52,407 nt of DNA from a virus (taxonomy: Duplodnaviria > Caudoviricetes): the IMG/VR virus record IMGVR_UViG_3300009008_003239, positions 1 to 52,407 of that record, one strand, 5' to 3'. The notes under the pieces were generated by a model, which saw nothing but the letters and a program-made list of their open reading frames with translations, was not told where the DNA came from and searched no databases. Both the position numbers and the translations under genes were made by a program. Shown here piece after piece: positions 39,183-47,585 of this stretch; positions within the stretch are counted from its first letter, which is position 1; the number at the start of each line of letters is the position of its first letter.

Positions 39183-40436
39183 TTAAACCTCTAATAATTC
39201 CCAGTGGTTATGATCTTCCTTGCGCGTAGGCCAGGAACCGTACCTCTCGTGTACTTCTCTAAGTAAAACTTCCCATTGTACAGTAAACTTCTTAAAATTA
39301 TAGTTTTCCTTTACATGGTTCAAACCGCCGTCGATCATCTTCTGGCGTTCTTCATCAGGCATATTGTACATCTTCTCTAGCGCGGAGATGAAATCTTCTT
39401 TATTAAGCCTGTCCTCGTATATGTACGGAATTTCTTGAGATCCGATGACTGCCTTGGATGCTGGCTCAATTCCGATGCCAAACCAGTCCTCTCCATTGGT
39501 TACCTGCTCCTGCAAGCCGCCTGTCATGTTGACAACAATTGGAGTACCGCATGAGAGAGACTCTAGTGTTGCTAAGCCAAAGCCCTCAGCATCAGAAATA
39601 TTAACAGTGACATCCGCAACGTTATAGAGAGTTGCCATCTGCTCTGCTTCGAATTTATTCACTGAGAACTGTACCTCTCCATTGGTTAGGCCCAGGTTGC
39701 TTATTATTGCGCCTAGATTTGGCCCATTCGGGTCCTTTGGATCAGTATGCATGACTAATACGGCCTTATCGTGGCCGACGCGATCCAAGAATTCCTTAAA
39801 CCAATGTATCAAAGTACCAGGCTGCTTGCGCCTTGCGTTCCTATTGTTCCAAAAAATAACAAACTTATCAGTTAAGTTCGATGATTCACGAACTTCTTTT
39901 ATGCGCTCAGGATCTTGTGGTTTAAAAACCTCGTCATTCACAGCGTGTGGTACATAATGCGTCTCTGTTTCAGGAGACACAGTTTGCACTATATCATGCG
40001 TAACCTTAGAAATTGCAGCAACAACATCCGTAGAGTCATACCAGACTTTATTGAAATCCGGATAAGGATAATTATCCCACACATGATAATAAACCATTGG
40101 TATCAAGGATCTAACTTCGTCTTCTATTTCCCAGAGCCAGCCAAAAAATCGCGGATCAGTCATAAACCACAACATATCAGGCTTCTCAGTCCTGAGGATG
40201 GAGCGGATAGCTTCTTGCGTCCCATATCCGTCTACAGGATAGACAACTAGATCATCGCCATACTCCTTAAACTTTTGTGGTTTATAGTCATTGTGGCGTA
40301 CAGCACCACCAAAACATACAAATGAAAAATCTCCAGTCTTAAGAAGGCTCTCAACAACATACCGTGTTTGGGTACCGACTCCAGATGGAGAAAATGGGTG
40401 ATCCGATAATACCAGGACCTTGATTTTTTCTGACAT
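39183..40436 (-). CDS. Glycosyltransferase family 4 (GT-B)
   Basis: SGVGTQ, NRNARRK, SDAEGFGLATLESLSCGTPIV (Ex7E). Confidence 0.92.
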   Translation of the reverse strand: MSEKIKVLVLSDHPFSPSGVGTQTRYVVESLLKTGDFSFVCFGGAVRHNDYKPQKFKEYGDDLVVYPVDGYGTQEAIRSILRTEKPDMLWFMTDPRFFGWLWEIEDEVRSLIPMVYYHVWDNYPYPDFNKVWYDSTDVVAAISKVTHDIVQTVSPETETHYVPHAVNDEVFKPQDPERIKEVRESSNLTDKFVIFWNNRNARRKQPGTLIHWFKEFLDRVGHDKAVLVMHTDPKDPNGPNLGAIISNLGLTNGEVQFSVNKFEAEQMATLYNVADVTVNISDAEGFGLATLESLSCGTPIVVNMTGGLQEQVTNGEDWFGIGIEPASKAVIGSQEIPYIYEDRLNKEDFISALEKMYNMPDEERQKMIDGGLNHVKENYNFKKFTVQWEVLLREVHERYGSWPTRKEDHNHWELLEV

Positions 40437-40439
40437 GCT

Positions 40440-41231
40440 TCACCTTTTACAGAATTCAGTGTTATAAAACTCACATCCGAAGCCACTAGTGCAGGATAAT
40501 CTGTTCTTTATAAACACATTGTTTTCTATATTATAAAGCGCATTATTCAAAAGTTTAAGAGAATTTTCAATTTTCTTTGGCCCAGAAGTTACTTTAAAGA
40601 TCTCGACCCTGTTGCTCTTTGCTGTTCTCTTAAGGAGGGCGAAGTATGTATGTACCTTGTTTATATCAATTTTATTTTTCTGGCTAAAAAACTTCTTGTA
40701 ATACGCTAGCTGGTATCCTGTCATTCGATCAGCTTTGCGACGAGAGTCCCACCCCCAAGAGCAGGTTTTCCAGTCTATCACATGATAATCACCATCTTCT
40801 GTCTTGATGACTAAATCGATGAAACCCTTAAACGTCTTGGTGTGGCCCTCTATTGGTTCATACAACTGTTCCTCTGCCGAAACTACTTCGTATTTACCAA
40901 AAAAATTCTTTAGCTCTGGGATGATATGTACGACAATATCTGCTGCCTGTGCTCTCATCTCAGTAATCATCTTTTTGTTTAATTCAACCTCGTTGCTTTT
41001 CAAGGCTTGTATTTCTTCTAAGAATTTTATATTGAAGCACTCCAACAAATCAGCCTTTTCATTAGGAATTTCTCCTAAAACTGATTTCTCACACACTTCG
41101 TGCAGTGCGGTGCCAAAAGCAGTGTATTCGTTACCTAGGAACTCCTTTACATTATCTATATAAGCGAGCTTGTGCTTGTACGCACATTCATCCCAGGTTT
41201 TTACTTCAGAAAAAGATATGTGCTCTCTCAC
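40440..41231 (-). CDS. PD-(D/E)XK nuclease, Cas4/AddB-like with probable 4Fe-4S cluster
   Basis: ISFSE...C...FGTALH, KGFIDLV...VIDWKT, QLAYY. One N-terminal Cys plus three C-terminal Cys (CTSGFGCEFYNTEFC). Confidence 0.88.
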   Translation of the reverse strand: MREHISFSEVKTWDECAYKHKLAYIDNVKEFLGNEYTAFGTALHEVCEKSVLGEIPNEKADLLECFNIKFLEEIQALKSNEVELNKKMITEMRAQAADIVVHIIPELKNFFGKYEVVSAEEQLYEPIEGHTKTFKGFIDLVIKTEDGDYHVIDWKTCSWGWDSRRKADRMTGYQLAYYKKFFSQKNKIDINKVHTYFALLKRTAKSNRVEIFKVTSGPKKIENSLKLLNNALYNIENNVFIKNRLSCTSGFGCEFYNTEFCKR

Positions 41232-41626
41232 TTTTTCCTCGTAATTGTCTTTCGCGTCGACTTTGTTGTCTTCTTGGAATTTGTAGTCTTTGTTGCACTA
41301 GTTGTTTTTCTAGGCGCCGCACTCTTAGTCGTGCGCGGTGGTGGAGTTGGATCCGGAGTTTTGGTGCGCTTTTGTCTTACCGGCACTAAATCAAATTCCC
41401 AAGTAGCTGTGCAGCCATTGATGTAGTTGTTATCGATAACCTTGTACTTCTCCTTGCACTCACCAAGCACGTGTGATGATGGAGGGACATACTCAGTATT
41501 GACTATGTTCTTTACATCATTCCACTTGACGCGGATGCGTGGATGGTGCACCCTCGAACGATGCTTCAAGGTTATGGTCACCTTCATCGTTCCGCTGGCT
41601 AGATCATTTTTAAATTTACATTCCAT
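41228..41626 (-). CDS. Hypothetical protein with basic Lys/Thr-rich tail
   Basis: Start refined to ATG 41626 (GAGG upstream). C-terminus PRTTKSAAPRKTTSATKTTNSKKTTKSTRKTITRKK. Confidence 0.7.
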   Translation of the reverse strand: MECKFKNDLASGTMKVTITLKHRSRVHHPRIRVKWNDVKNIVNTEYVPPSSHVLGECKEKYKVIDNNYINGCTATWEFDLVPVRQKRTKTPDPTPPPRTTKSAAPRKTTSATKTTNSKKTTKSTRKTITRKK

Positions 41627-42314
41627 ATTGGTCATCCTCAGGCTTGTCATTACACAATAACAACAATTTCTTATAAACATAGGGACATAATGTCTTTAAG
41701 AAAGTGTGATTTCCTAAATAATACTCTTCAAACCCTCTCGCAAAGTATTCTCGCAAAGAAACAACTGAATATGGTGCAAGAAAAAGATCAACGGCTATAA
41801 GACGCAAAGCATCATACCCCACCTCGTCATACATAGCGTTGTCAAACGCCTCATCATATTCGATATTCATGAAGTCCAAACCTGCGATATCGTAGCCTTC
41901 ACTTTCTAGAAGGTTTTTTAATTTCTTTCGCTTATATAAAAATTCCTGTTCTATTGAGGAATCTCCATAGATGTTGTAGCCGTATTTGTCCTCTACTGCA
42001 TGAGCTATTTCATGAATAATGTCGTCTTTTAGATCATCTTCATCGTCTTGAACATTGGAAATGTATATAGCGCCGTCTGAGTACGTAGCGTTCATTTCTC
42101 GCTCGTCCAAGAAAGAAAATTTACCTATGTATATGACGTCGACTTGTTCTAAAAAGTGCTCCGGTATTATATTGACAATATCATTAAAAACACTTGATAT
42201 GTTTATGTTTTCAGAAATATTATCTTGTATAAAAACAGACAAAGGACCAAAATGATATTCAGGTAGTGTTCTATTTTTCTTTTTTACATGCTTTACTACA
42301 TTCTCTCTCTTCAT
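41616..42314 (-). CDS. Zincin-like metallopeptidase (HEXXH)
   Basis: IIHEIAHAVE plus downstream SLREYFARGFEEY, which supplies a third-ligand Glu as in anthrax-lethal-factor-like zincins. Confidence 0.7.
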   Translation of the reverse strand: MKRENVVKHVKKKNRTLPEYHFGPLSVFIQDNISENINISSVFNDIVNIIPEHFLEQVDVIYIGKFSFLDEREMNATYSDGAIYISNVQDDEDDLKDDIIHEIAHAVEDKYGYNIYGDSSIEQEFLYKRKKLKNLLESEGYDIAGLDFMNIEYDEAFDNAMYDEVGYDALRLIAVDLFLAPYSVVSLREYFARGFEEYYLGNHTFLKTLCPYVYKKLLLLCNDKPEDDQYGM

Positions 42315-42564
42315 TTTGATTCTCCAGAGCTAACCGGCCGACCTCTACATCATCTAAGCCTTGTTGGTAGCCCCTAATCCAATTTTCTTCTGCGACTGCA
42401 AAAAGAAATTCCGGAAACTCTTCAGCTAGAATATCGATTATCATCTCAATTGTGACATTTCCGTCCTCTGGGGCGTGCTTGACACCAACATACTGTACTA
42501 GCATGTCTTTCAACTCGTTGTCTGGTTCAATTGATTGATCTAGTGTTGAATTAAATTCATTCAT
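42271..42564 (-). CDS. Hypothetical protein (97 aa, acidic)
   Basis: ATG 2 nt after the upstream stop; co-oriented. Confidence 0.75.
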   Translation of the reverse strand: MNEFNSTLDQSIEPDNELKDMLVQYVGVKHAPEDGNVTIEMIIDILAEEFPEFLFAVAEENWIRGYQQGLDDVEVGRLALENQNEERECSKACKKEK

Positions 42565-42566
42565 AA

Positions 42567-43349
42567 TTATTCAAATGGTATATTTGGCACATCGCTGTAC
42601 AATACAAGGGTTATCTTATTATTCATGAGTGCTGACCAATACCCCTCCTCGACTAAACGCACTCCCATGTCCTTTGTTGTGACTAAAATAGAAAGTGGCC
42701 ATGCATGGTTTGGCATATATGCAGCAATTTCTCTATTCAAATCAGCATACATCTTGTAATTTAATTTTTTCTTCGCTTCTTCTTCTGTCATGGCAATCCA
42801 ATTTTCCATAAATAGCAAATCGGACTTGTACGCAATGCTATTTGGATCTTCGTATTCCCTATTAAAAGGCACATCACCGGGGATGTTGGTGTTTCCAAGA
42901 GTGTAAATTATCTCTAAGCCGTCAGGGTTGTACTTTTCATACAACTCAACCAGGGCAGCTGCTTCTTTCAAACACGGACCACACCATCCAGCAGAACTTA
43001 CCAAAAGAAATGCTTTATGCTCATTATGCTGATAAAGATCAGATAATTTTATCCATTCTTGGGCCCATGGGTCAAAAAAAGACATGTTTGGTAGTACTTT
43101 AAACTTTTCTATAGCATACGGCCCACTTGGATATGGCAATATTTCGACAACATGCGGCACAACAATGGGGTGGAACGAGAATGCATCTATCTGAGCGTCA
43201 GCGCGGACAGAATCACCTTTTTTGGTTATAGCTGTACCGTATATATCAGGATTCTCATCAATATACTCAGAACTCGTGCAACCCATCATTGCAGCGAATA
43301 TAAACAAGATCACAATTATAAATAATACATATTTTCTTACATTTACCAT
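42567..43349 (-). CDS. Thioredoxin-fold (TlpA/redoxin-like) lipoprotein
   Basis: Active site AGWCGPC. Start refined to ATG 43349, giving signal MVNVRKYVLFIIVILFIFAAMMG-C with a lipobox-like Cys. Confidence 0.8.
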   Translation of the reverse strand: MVNVRKYVLFIIVILFIFAAMMGCTSSEYIDENPDIYGTAITKKGDSVRADAQIDAFSFHPIVVPHVVEILPYPSGPYAIEKFKVLPNMSFFDPWAQEWIKLSDLYQHNEHKAFLLVSSAGWCGPCLKEAAALVELYEKYNPDGLEIIYTLGNTNIPGDVPFNREYEDPNSIAYKSDLLFMENWIAMTEEEAKKKLNYKMYADLNREIAAYMPNHAWPLSILVTTKDMGVRLVEEGYWSALMNNKITLVLYSDVPNIPFE

Positions 43350-43362
43350 TTCGTCACCAATC

Positions 43363-43542
43363 TTACCCTTCGCGTTCCTTTTTAGTTGTCTGTACCTCTG
43401 TTCTGACATCTTGGGCGAGGGTCTTTACCTCTTGCATGGCTTTACGAAGACGTGTTCCTGCAGCCTTATTGCCATTATTAAACTTTTCGACATCCGGCAG
43501 GACCGAATTCAGTACTTCTTGGATTTTTTCAAAATTTGTCAT
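43363..43542 (-). CDS. Histone H1-like protein, Hc1 family (59 aa, missed by the ORF track)
   Basis: MTNFEKIQEVLNSVLPDVEKFNNGNKAAGTRLRKAMQEVKTLAQDVRTEVQTTKKEREG*. GNKAAGTRxRK is the Hc1 signature. Strong AAGGAG SD. Confidence 0.85.
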   Translation of the reverse strand: MTNFEKIQEVLNSVLPDVEKFNNGNKAAGTRLRKAMQEVKTLAQDVRTEVQTTKKEREG

Positions 43543-43554
43543 TTTTTTCTCCTT

Positions 43555-44859
43555 TTACAAAATTTTTGAAGCTAATGTCGCTACTTTTGAGCGTTCACCC
43601 TTTGTGAGTGTAACGTGACCAGCGATGCTGTGGTCTTTAAATTTCTCTACTGCATATGACAAGCCATTGGATGTGGCGTCTAAGTAAATACTATCTATTT
43701 GATCAATATCACCTGTTAAAATTATTTTAGTATTTTCACCAACTCTAGTGATTATAGTCTTTAATTCGTGAGTTGTTAAATTTTGTGATTCATCAATGAT
43801 TATAAAGGCATTCGAGATTGATCGTCCGCGTATATAAGTTAGCGCTTCAACCTGAATAGTGTTATCTTCAAACAAGTGTTCCATATGCTTGGCTTTGCCA
43901 TTTAGCAGAAAATCTAAGTTATCCTGAATTGGCATCAACCATGGAGACATCTTCTCTTCCATGGTGCCCGGCAAATATCCAATGTCTTTGCCAAGTGGCT
44001 GTACAGGACGAGAAACTACTAATTTTTTATATTGAGAAGTCTCTAAAACTTGTTCTAAACCAGAAGCTAATGCAATTAACGTTTTCCCAGTACCGGCTTG
44101 TCCAACAAGCGTAATTATTGGAATTTCTGGATTATTTAATAGATTTAAAGCAAACATCTGCTCTTTATTCCTAGGTCGTAACCCCCAGATGCCGTCTTTA
44201 TAATCGATCATTTTGCTTAATTTGGTATTATGATCGGTGAACCGGGCGAGTGCAGTCTTTTTCTCATTGCAATTAGACACCAACATAACAAATTGGTTTG
44301 CAAAGAGGTTAGCCTCGCCCTCTTCAATATAAATTTCATCTCCAGCATAAAATCTATCTATCACTTGATCGTCCACAAGGTGTGTAACGAAGCCAGTGTA
44401 TAGTTCCTTCTGATCGGATATCACCCTATCAGTAGAGTAATCTTCTGTCATTATACCTAGAGAATCGCATTTCACGCGCATATTAATGTCACGCGTAACG
44501 AGGATGACTTTTCTTTTTGTTTTTGTCATCTCAGTTAACGCAGTGGTGACAATTTCGTTGTCAGCGCTCTCAACATCACAACCAACAGGGAGATCTGCTA
44601 TATTATAACCGCGGACGGATAATATCCCTTTACCTTTGGCAATACGTACGCCCTTATGTAGATTACCCTTACTACGAAGCTCATCTAGTATACGAATAGT
44701 AGTTCTCGCTTGAAGGCCCACACCGTCTTGACGCTTCTTGTGTTTGTCAATTTCGTCAAGTACTTTTATTGGTACAATGATATCATTGTTTTGATACTCA
44801 AATATCGATCCGGCGTTGGTTAAAAAGACATTAGTATCAAGCACATATGTTTTTTTCAT
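43555..44859 (-). CDS. phoH: PIN-PhoH protein (PIN RNase domain + PhoH ATPase)
   Basis: YVLDTNVFL...ADNEI...LVTRDINMRVK (PIN). Walker A GQAGTGKT, IGYLPG, YIRGRS, IIDESQN, GDIDQID (PhoH). Confidence 0.93.
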   Translation of the reverse strand: MKKTYVLDTNVFLTNAGSIFEYQNNDIIVPIKVLDEIDKHKKRQDGVGLQARTTIRILDELRSKGNLHKGVRIAKGKGILSVRGYNIADLPVGCDVESADNEIVTTALTEMTKTKRKVILVTRDINMRVKCDSLGIMTEDYSTDRVISDQKELYTGFVTHLVDDQVIDRFYAGDEIYIEEGEANLFANQFVMLVSNCNEKKTALARFTDHNTKLSKMIDYKDGIWGLRPRNKEQMFALNLLNNPEIPIITLVGQAGTGKTLIALASGLEQVLETSQYKKLVVSRPVQPLGKDIGYLPGTMEEKMSPWLMPIQDNLDFLLNGKAKHMEHLFEDNTIQVEALTYIRGRSISNAFIIIDESQNLTTHELKTIITRVGENTKIILTGDIDQIDSIYLDATSNGLSYAVEKFKDHSIAGHVTLTKGERSKVATLASKIL

Positions 44860-44879
44860 ATTTTACCTGCTGTTAAATT

Positions 44880-44886
44880 CTATTTA
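44880..44886 (+). promoter_or_regulatory. Putative late-promoter motif CTATTTA, 4 nt before ATG
   Basis: Lies in the 31-bp divergent gap, oriented with the only plus-strand gene. No SD between motif and ATG. Confidence 0.45.
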
Positions 44887-44890
44887 TCAC

Positions 44891-45610
44891 ATGGTTAGAA
44901 TTTTTATAAACGCTTTATTGATTTGTTTTTTACTAACACTAACTAGTTGTGGCCACCAATTAAATTCGAATAGGCAGTTAGCTGTTACAAAAAATTCAGT
45001 CTTAAAGTTAGAAACATGGGTGCAGCAAGTAGGTGGGTGTGACCCAGCGCAACAAACATGCACTAAGGACGAAACAAAGGAATTTTTATATTCTTCCGGA
45101 AGCGGTTCTATAGTCCTCTGGCGTGGTAAAAAAGTAGTATTAACGGCTGCTCACGTTTGTGACGTAAGTGATATACAGAGACAAGCAACAATGCATTATG
45201 CAAAAGTCTCAATACACGCATTAGACAGGACCGGACGTATAATAAACATACGCACGATAAAGCTTGATCACAGATTAGACGTCTGTATAATGGCAATAAA
45301 AGAAAATATTGATCTTCGTCCTATCAGATTATCGACCAAGGGTGTAGAATACGCCGAGCGTGTTTACTACATTGGTGCACCTTTAGGTATTGCAGAACGC
45401 GCGATGATGCCAGTGTTTGAGGGCTTCTTCTTTGGAGATGATAGTCGACATGCTTTGTACGGAGTACCAGTTGCTGGTGGAGCTTCAGGTTCGCCTATCG
45501 TAAATTCTACAGGGCAGCTGGTTGGTTTGGTGCACTCAGTACATTACCGGTTCCACCACATAGCCCTATCGGTTCGTTACTCTGATTTGTGGAATTTTTT
45601 AAAAAAGTAA
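44891..45610 (+). CDS. Trypsin-like serine protease (S1/Trypsin_2) lipoprotein
   Basis: GSGS...VLTAAHVC (His), LDVCIM (Asp), GGASGSPIVN (Ser). Signal MVRIFINALLICFLLTLTS-C with lipobox. Start refined to ATG 44891. Confidence 0.88.
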   Translation: MVRIFINALLICFLLTLTSCGHQLNSNRQLAVTKNSVLKLETWVQQVGGCDPAQQTCTKDETKEFLYSSGSGSIVLWRGKKVVLTAAHVCDVSDIQRQATMHYAKVSIHALDRTGRIINIRTIKLDHRLDVCIMAIKENIDLRPIRLSTKGVEYAERVYYIGAPLGIAERAMMPVFEGFFFGDDSRHALYGVPVAGGASGSPIVNSTGQLVGLVHSVHYRFHHIALSVRYSDLWNFLKK

Positions 45611-46139
45611 CGTATTGATGCATGATAATTCCGGAGCACGTACCGACATTCATGCTTCTTACGGATCCATACTGCTCAATTTCTATACTATAGTCGGCCA
45701 AATTTAATAGCTGCTCCGTCAAGCCTACCGACTCCTCACCAAAAAGCATTAATGGTGGTTTTTCTAGCATATTCCAATCAAATTCATGCAATTTGTGGGT
45801 ATCTGCAATATTGTTGTCGATTGCAATAAAGGTATACGAGTCTTTAAGGCTTACCAATTCAGATATATCGTGGCCGAGATGCACAAGATCAACATAATGA
45901 TGTGCACCAACTGTTCCGCGGCGATCAAATTGTTTTTTACCAAAGTAATATACTTTTTCAATATTGAATGCATTTGCGTTCCTTATAAGTGTGCTGATGT
46001 TGAAGTCGCCTTTCCAGTGCTCCATACAAACTGCCATTTTGTTTGCGCTTTTCTTTAAATCCGCGCGGATCATCTCGTCCGGCATGGACTTATACTTATC
46101 GACGACGTTTCTCTTCCAAAGTGTCCAGTCAATTGACAT
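45507..46139 (-). CDS. SpoU/TrmH-family RNA 2'-O-methyltransferase
   Basis: SPOUT motifs DFNISTLIRNANAF, LMLFGEESVGL, IEQYGSVRSMNV. Confidence 0.9.
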   Translation of the reverse strand: MSIDWTLWKRNVVDKYKSMPDEMIRADLKKSANKMAVCMEHWKGDFNISTLIRNANAFNIEKVYYFGKKQFDRRGTVGAHHYVDLVHLGHDISELVSLKDSYTFIAIDNNIADTHKLHEFDWNMLEKPPLMLFGEESVGLTEQLLNLADYSIEIEQYGSVRSMNVGTCSGIIMHQYVTFLKNSTNQSNEPIGLCGGTGNVLSAPNQPAAL

Positions 46140-46140
46140 T

Positions 46141-47145
46141 TTAGCTTATACTGTCTTTGTTTCCAGAGAAATGTATTTCTTTCAACTTAGGGATAGAAGA
46201 ATGATCATCGATGTAGCTTGTTATATACTTTAGCATTTCTGCTAAGTTGTCAAAATCTTTAGTTTTTTTGCTCTCATAAAGAGAAAATTGCTCAGCCTGC
46301 TCTAGGACATCAGTCTTATTTAGGACAAGATGGGTAACTCCATTAACATTAATGGAGCGCATCAAATTCTCTATATTCAACCAATTGCACTGCCTGGGCC
46401 TTCCAGTGGTAGCGCCATATTCCTCGCCAATATCACGAAGTTTTTGAAATATCTCTTTCTTAGGCTCGAAAGCTTTTGCGCCAACATAGGTGTCATAAAC
46501 TTTTCCAACACCCCAAACGTTTCTTACTGCGCTGGGAGGGATACCGTTTAGAAGCGCGCTGGCTGATGTACAATGACTAGAAGTTACATACGGATAATCT
46601 CCCCAATCAATGTCTAGTTCAAAACCCTGCGCGCCTTCGCAAAGCACCTTTGCATCAGGATTGTTATGTAACTCGTCGTATAAATCAACCAGCAATGGCT
46701 TAAGCTCTAGCGCGTCGCTAGCGCGGATCCCAGTTCTATTATACTTGTTTCTATAAGCTGGACCGGTACCTCTCTTCGTTGTACCAATTTTCTGGTCTTC
46801 CTCATCCTCTGACAAATGATCTCTTGTTATTATATGACAATTTTTTGCTATTTTTACCAAAGATGTGTCGATCCCCGCTCTACGAAGCTCTTCCAGTTCC
46901 TTAAAAAAGTGGCTAACATTCAATACACAGCCGGCGCCGATAATGCTCTTAATCCCATAAAACACTCCAGCTGGGATATAGTGTGTAACAAACTTCTTGC
47001 CATTGTGATAAATGGTGTGGCCGGCGTTACCTCCGCCATTAAACCTAATGACGTGTGTGTAATCTCCTTCTTTGCAAAGATGGTGAGTTACTTTGCCCTT
47101 GGCCTCATCTCCGTGTTGTAACCCTACAACGATATCGGCAATCAT
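46141..47145 (-). CDS. purA: Adenylosuccinate synthetase (short form, 334 aa)
   Basis: GLQHGDEAKGK, RFNGGGNAGHT, IGTTKRGTGPAY, EGAQG, YPYVTSS, EYGATTGRPR, NKTD. Catalytic Asp retained. Confidence 0.95.
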   Translation of the reverse strand: MIADIVVGLQHGDEAKGKVTHHLCKEGDYTHVIRFNGGGNAGHTIYHNGKKFVTHYIPAGVFYGIKSIIGAGCVLNVSHFFKELEELRRAGIDTSLVKIAKNCHIITRDHLSEDEEDQKIGTTKRGTGPAYRNKYNRTGIRASDALELKPLLVDLYDELHNNPDAKVLCEGAQGFELDIDWGDYPYVTSSHCTSASALLNGIPPSAVRNVWGVGKVYDTYVGAKAFEPKKEIFQKLRDIGEEYGATTGRPRQCNWLNIENLMRSINVNGVTHLVLNKTDVLEQAEQFSLYESKKTKDFDNLAEMLKYITSYIDDHSSIPKLKEIHFSGNKDSIS

Positions 47146-47146
47146 T

Positions 47147-47371
47147 TTATTCCTTAATAAGATTTTTTCTGCACCAATGCAGTGTTTTTGTTGCTAGCGC
47201 GCCTGTGTCGATATTCTTGACTCTCGCCACGCGAGCATGTTCATCTAATTCAACTATTTCTAGTTTATTGTCTGAATCTTTCAATGTATACGTCTCATTC
47301 AAGCTGAGTGTGACATCTTTATATTTTTCGTACTCTTGTAAGTACTTCTTCTTGCTCTCTCGTAATTTCAT
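47147..47371 (-). CDS. Hypothetical protein (74 aa)
   Basis: ATG with GGAG SD, downstream of a sigma70-like promoter. Confidence 0.7.
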   Translation of the reverse strand: MKLRESKKKYLQEYEKYKDVTLSLNETYTLKDSDNKLEIVELDEHARVARVKNIDTGALATKTLHWCRKNLIKE

Positions 47372-47390
47372 AAATTATATCTCCAATAAT

Positions 47391-47418
47391 ACAATAGCGA
47401 CACATACTGAGTTGTCAA
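47391..47418 (-). promoter_or_regulatory. Putative sigma70-type promoter
   Basis: Perfect TTGACA (47418-47413), 16-nt spacer, TATTGT (47396-47391), upstream of the operon containing purA and the SpoU gene. Confidence 0.5.
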
Positions 47419-47585
47419 TCTAATAATAATTTAATTTGCTTATCAGACTCTTCGGAGAGGAGACGCTCTTCTCTCATTTCTTCAAATTGCAGTCTAGCCA
47501 AATGAGGATACCTATCAAACACTTGTGGGAGTGTTAGATTCTCCTCCTCCTGTAGTCTTTTTATTTCGTCGTTTACTTTTCCCAT
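47415..47585 (-). CDS. Small hypothetical protein (56 aa, missed by the ORF track)
   Basis: MGKVNDEIKRLQEEENLTLPQVFDRYPHLARLQFEEMREERLLSEESDKQIKLLLD*. AGGAG SD; fills an otherwise empty gap. Confidence 0.65.
   Translation of the reverse strand: MGKVNDEIKRLQEEENLTLPQVFDRYPHLARLQFEEMREERLLSEESDKQIKLLLD

Noticed and set aside
40440-41231. CRISPR-Cas locus around the Cas4-like gene
   Set aside because: No repeat-spacer array or other cas genes, and intergenic gaps are too short to hold an array.
46141-47145. PurZ (2-aminoadenine Z-genome pathway), suggested by the short PurA-like length in a phage
   Set aside because: The catalytic Asp is retained (HGDEAKG; PurZ has Ser), the TTGRPR loop and GTP-type NKTD motif are PurA-like, and no dATPase/MazZ neighbours are visible.
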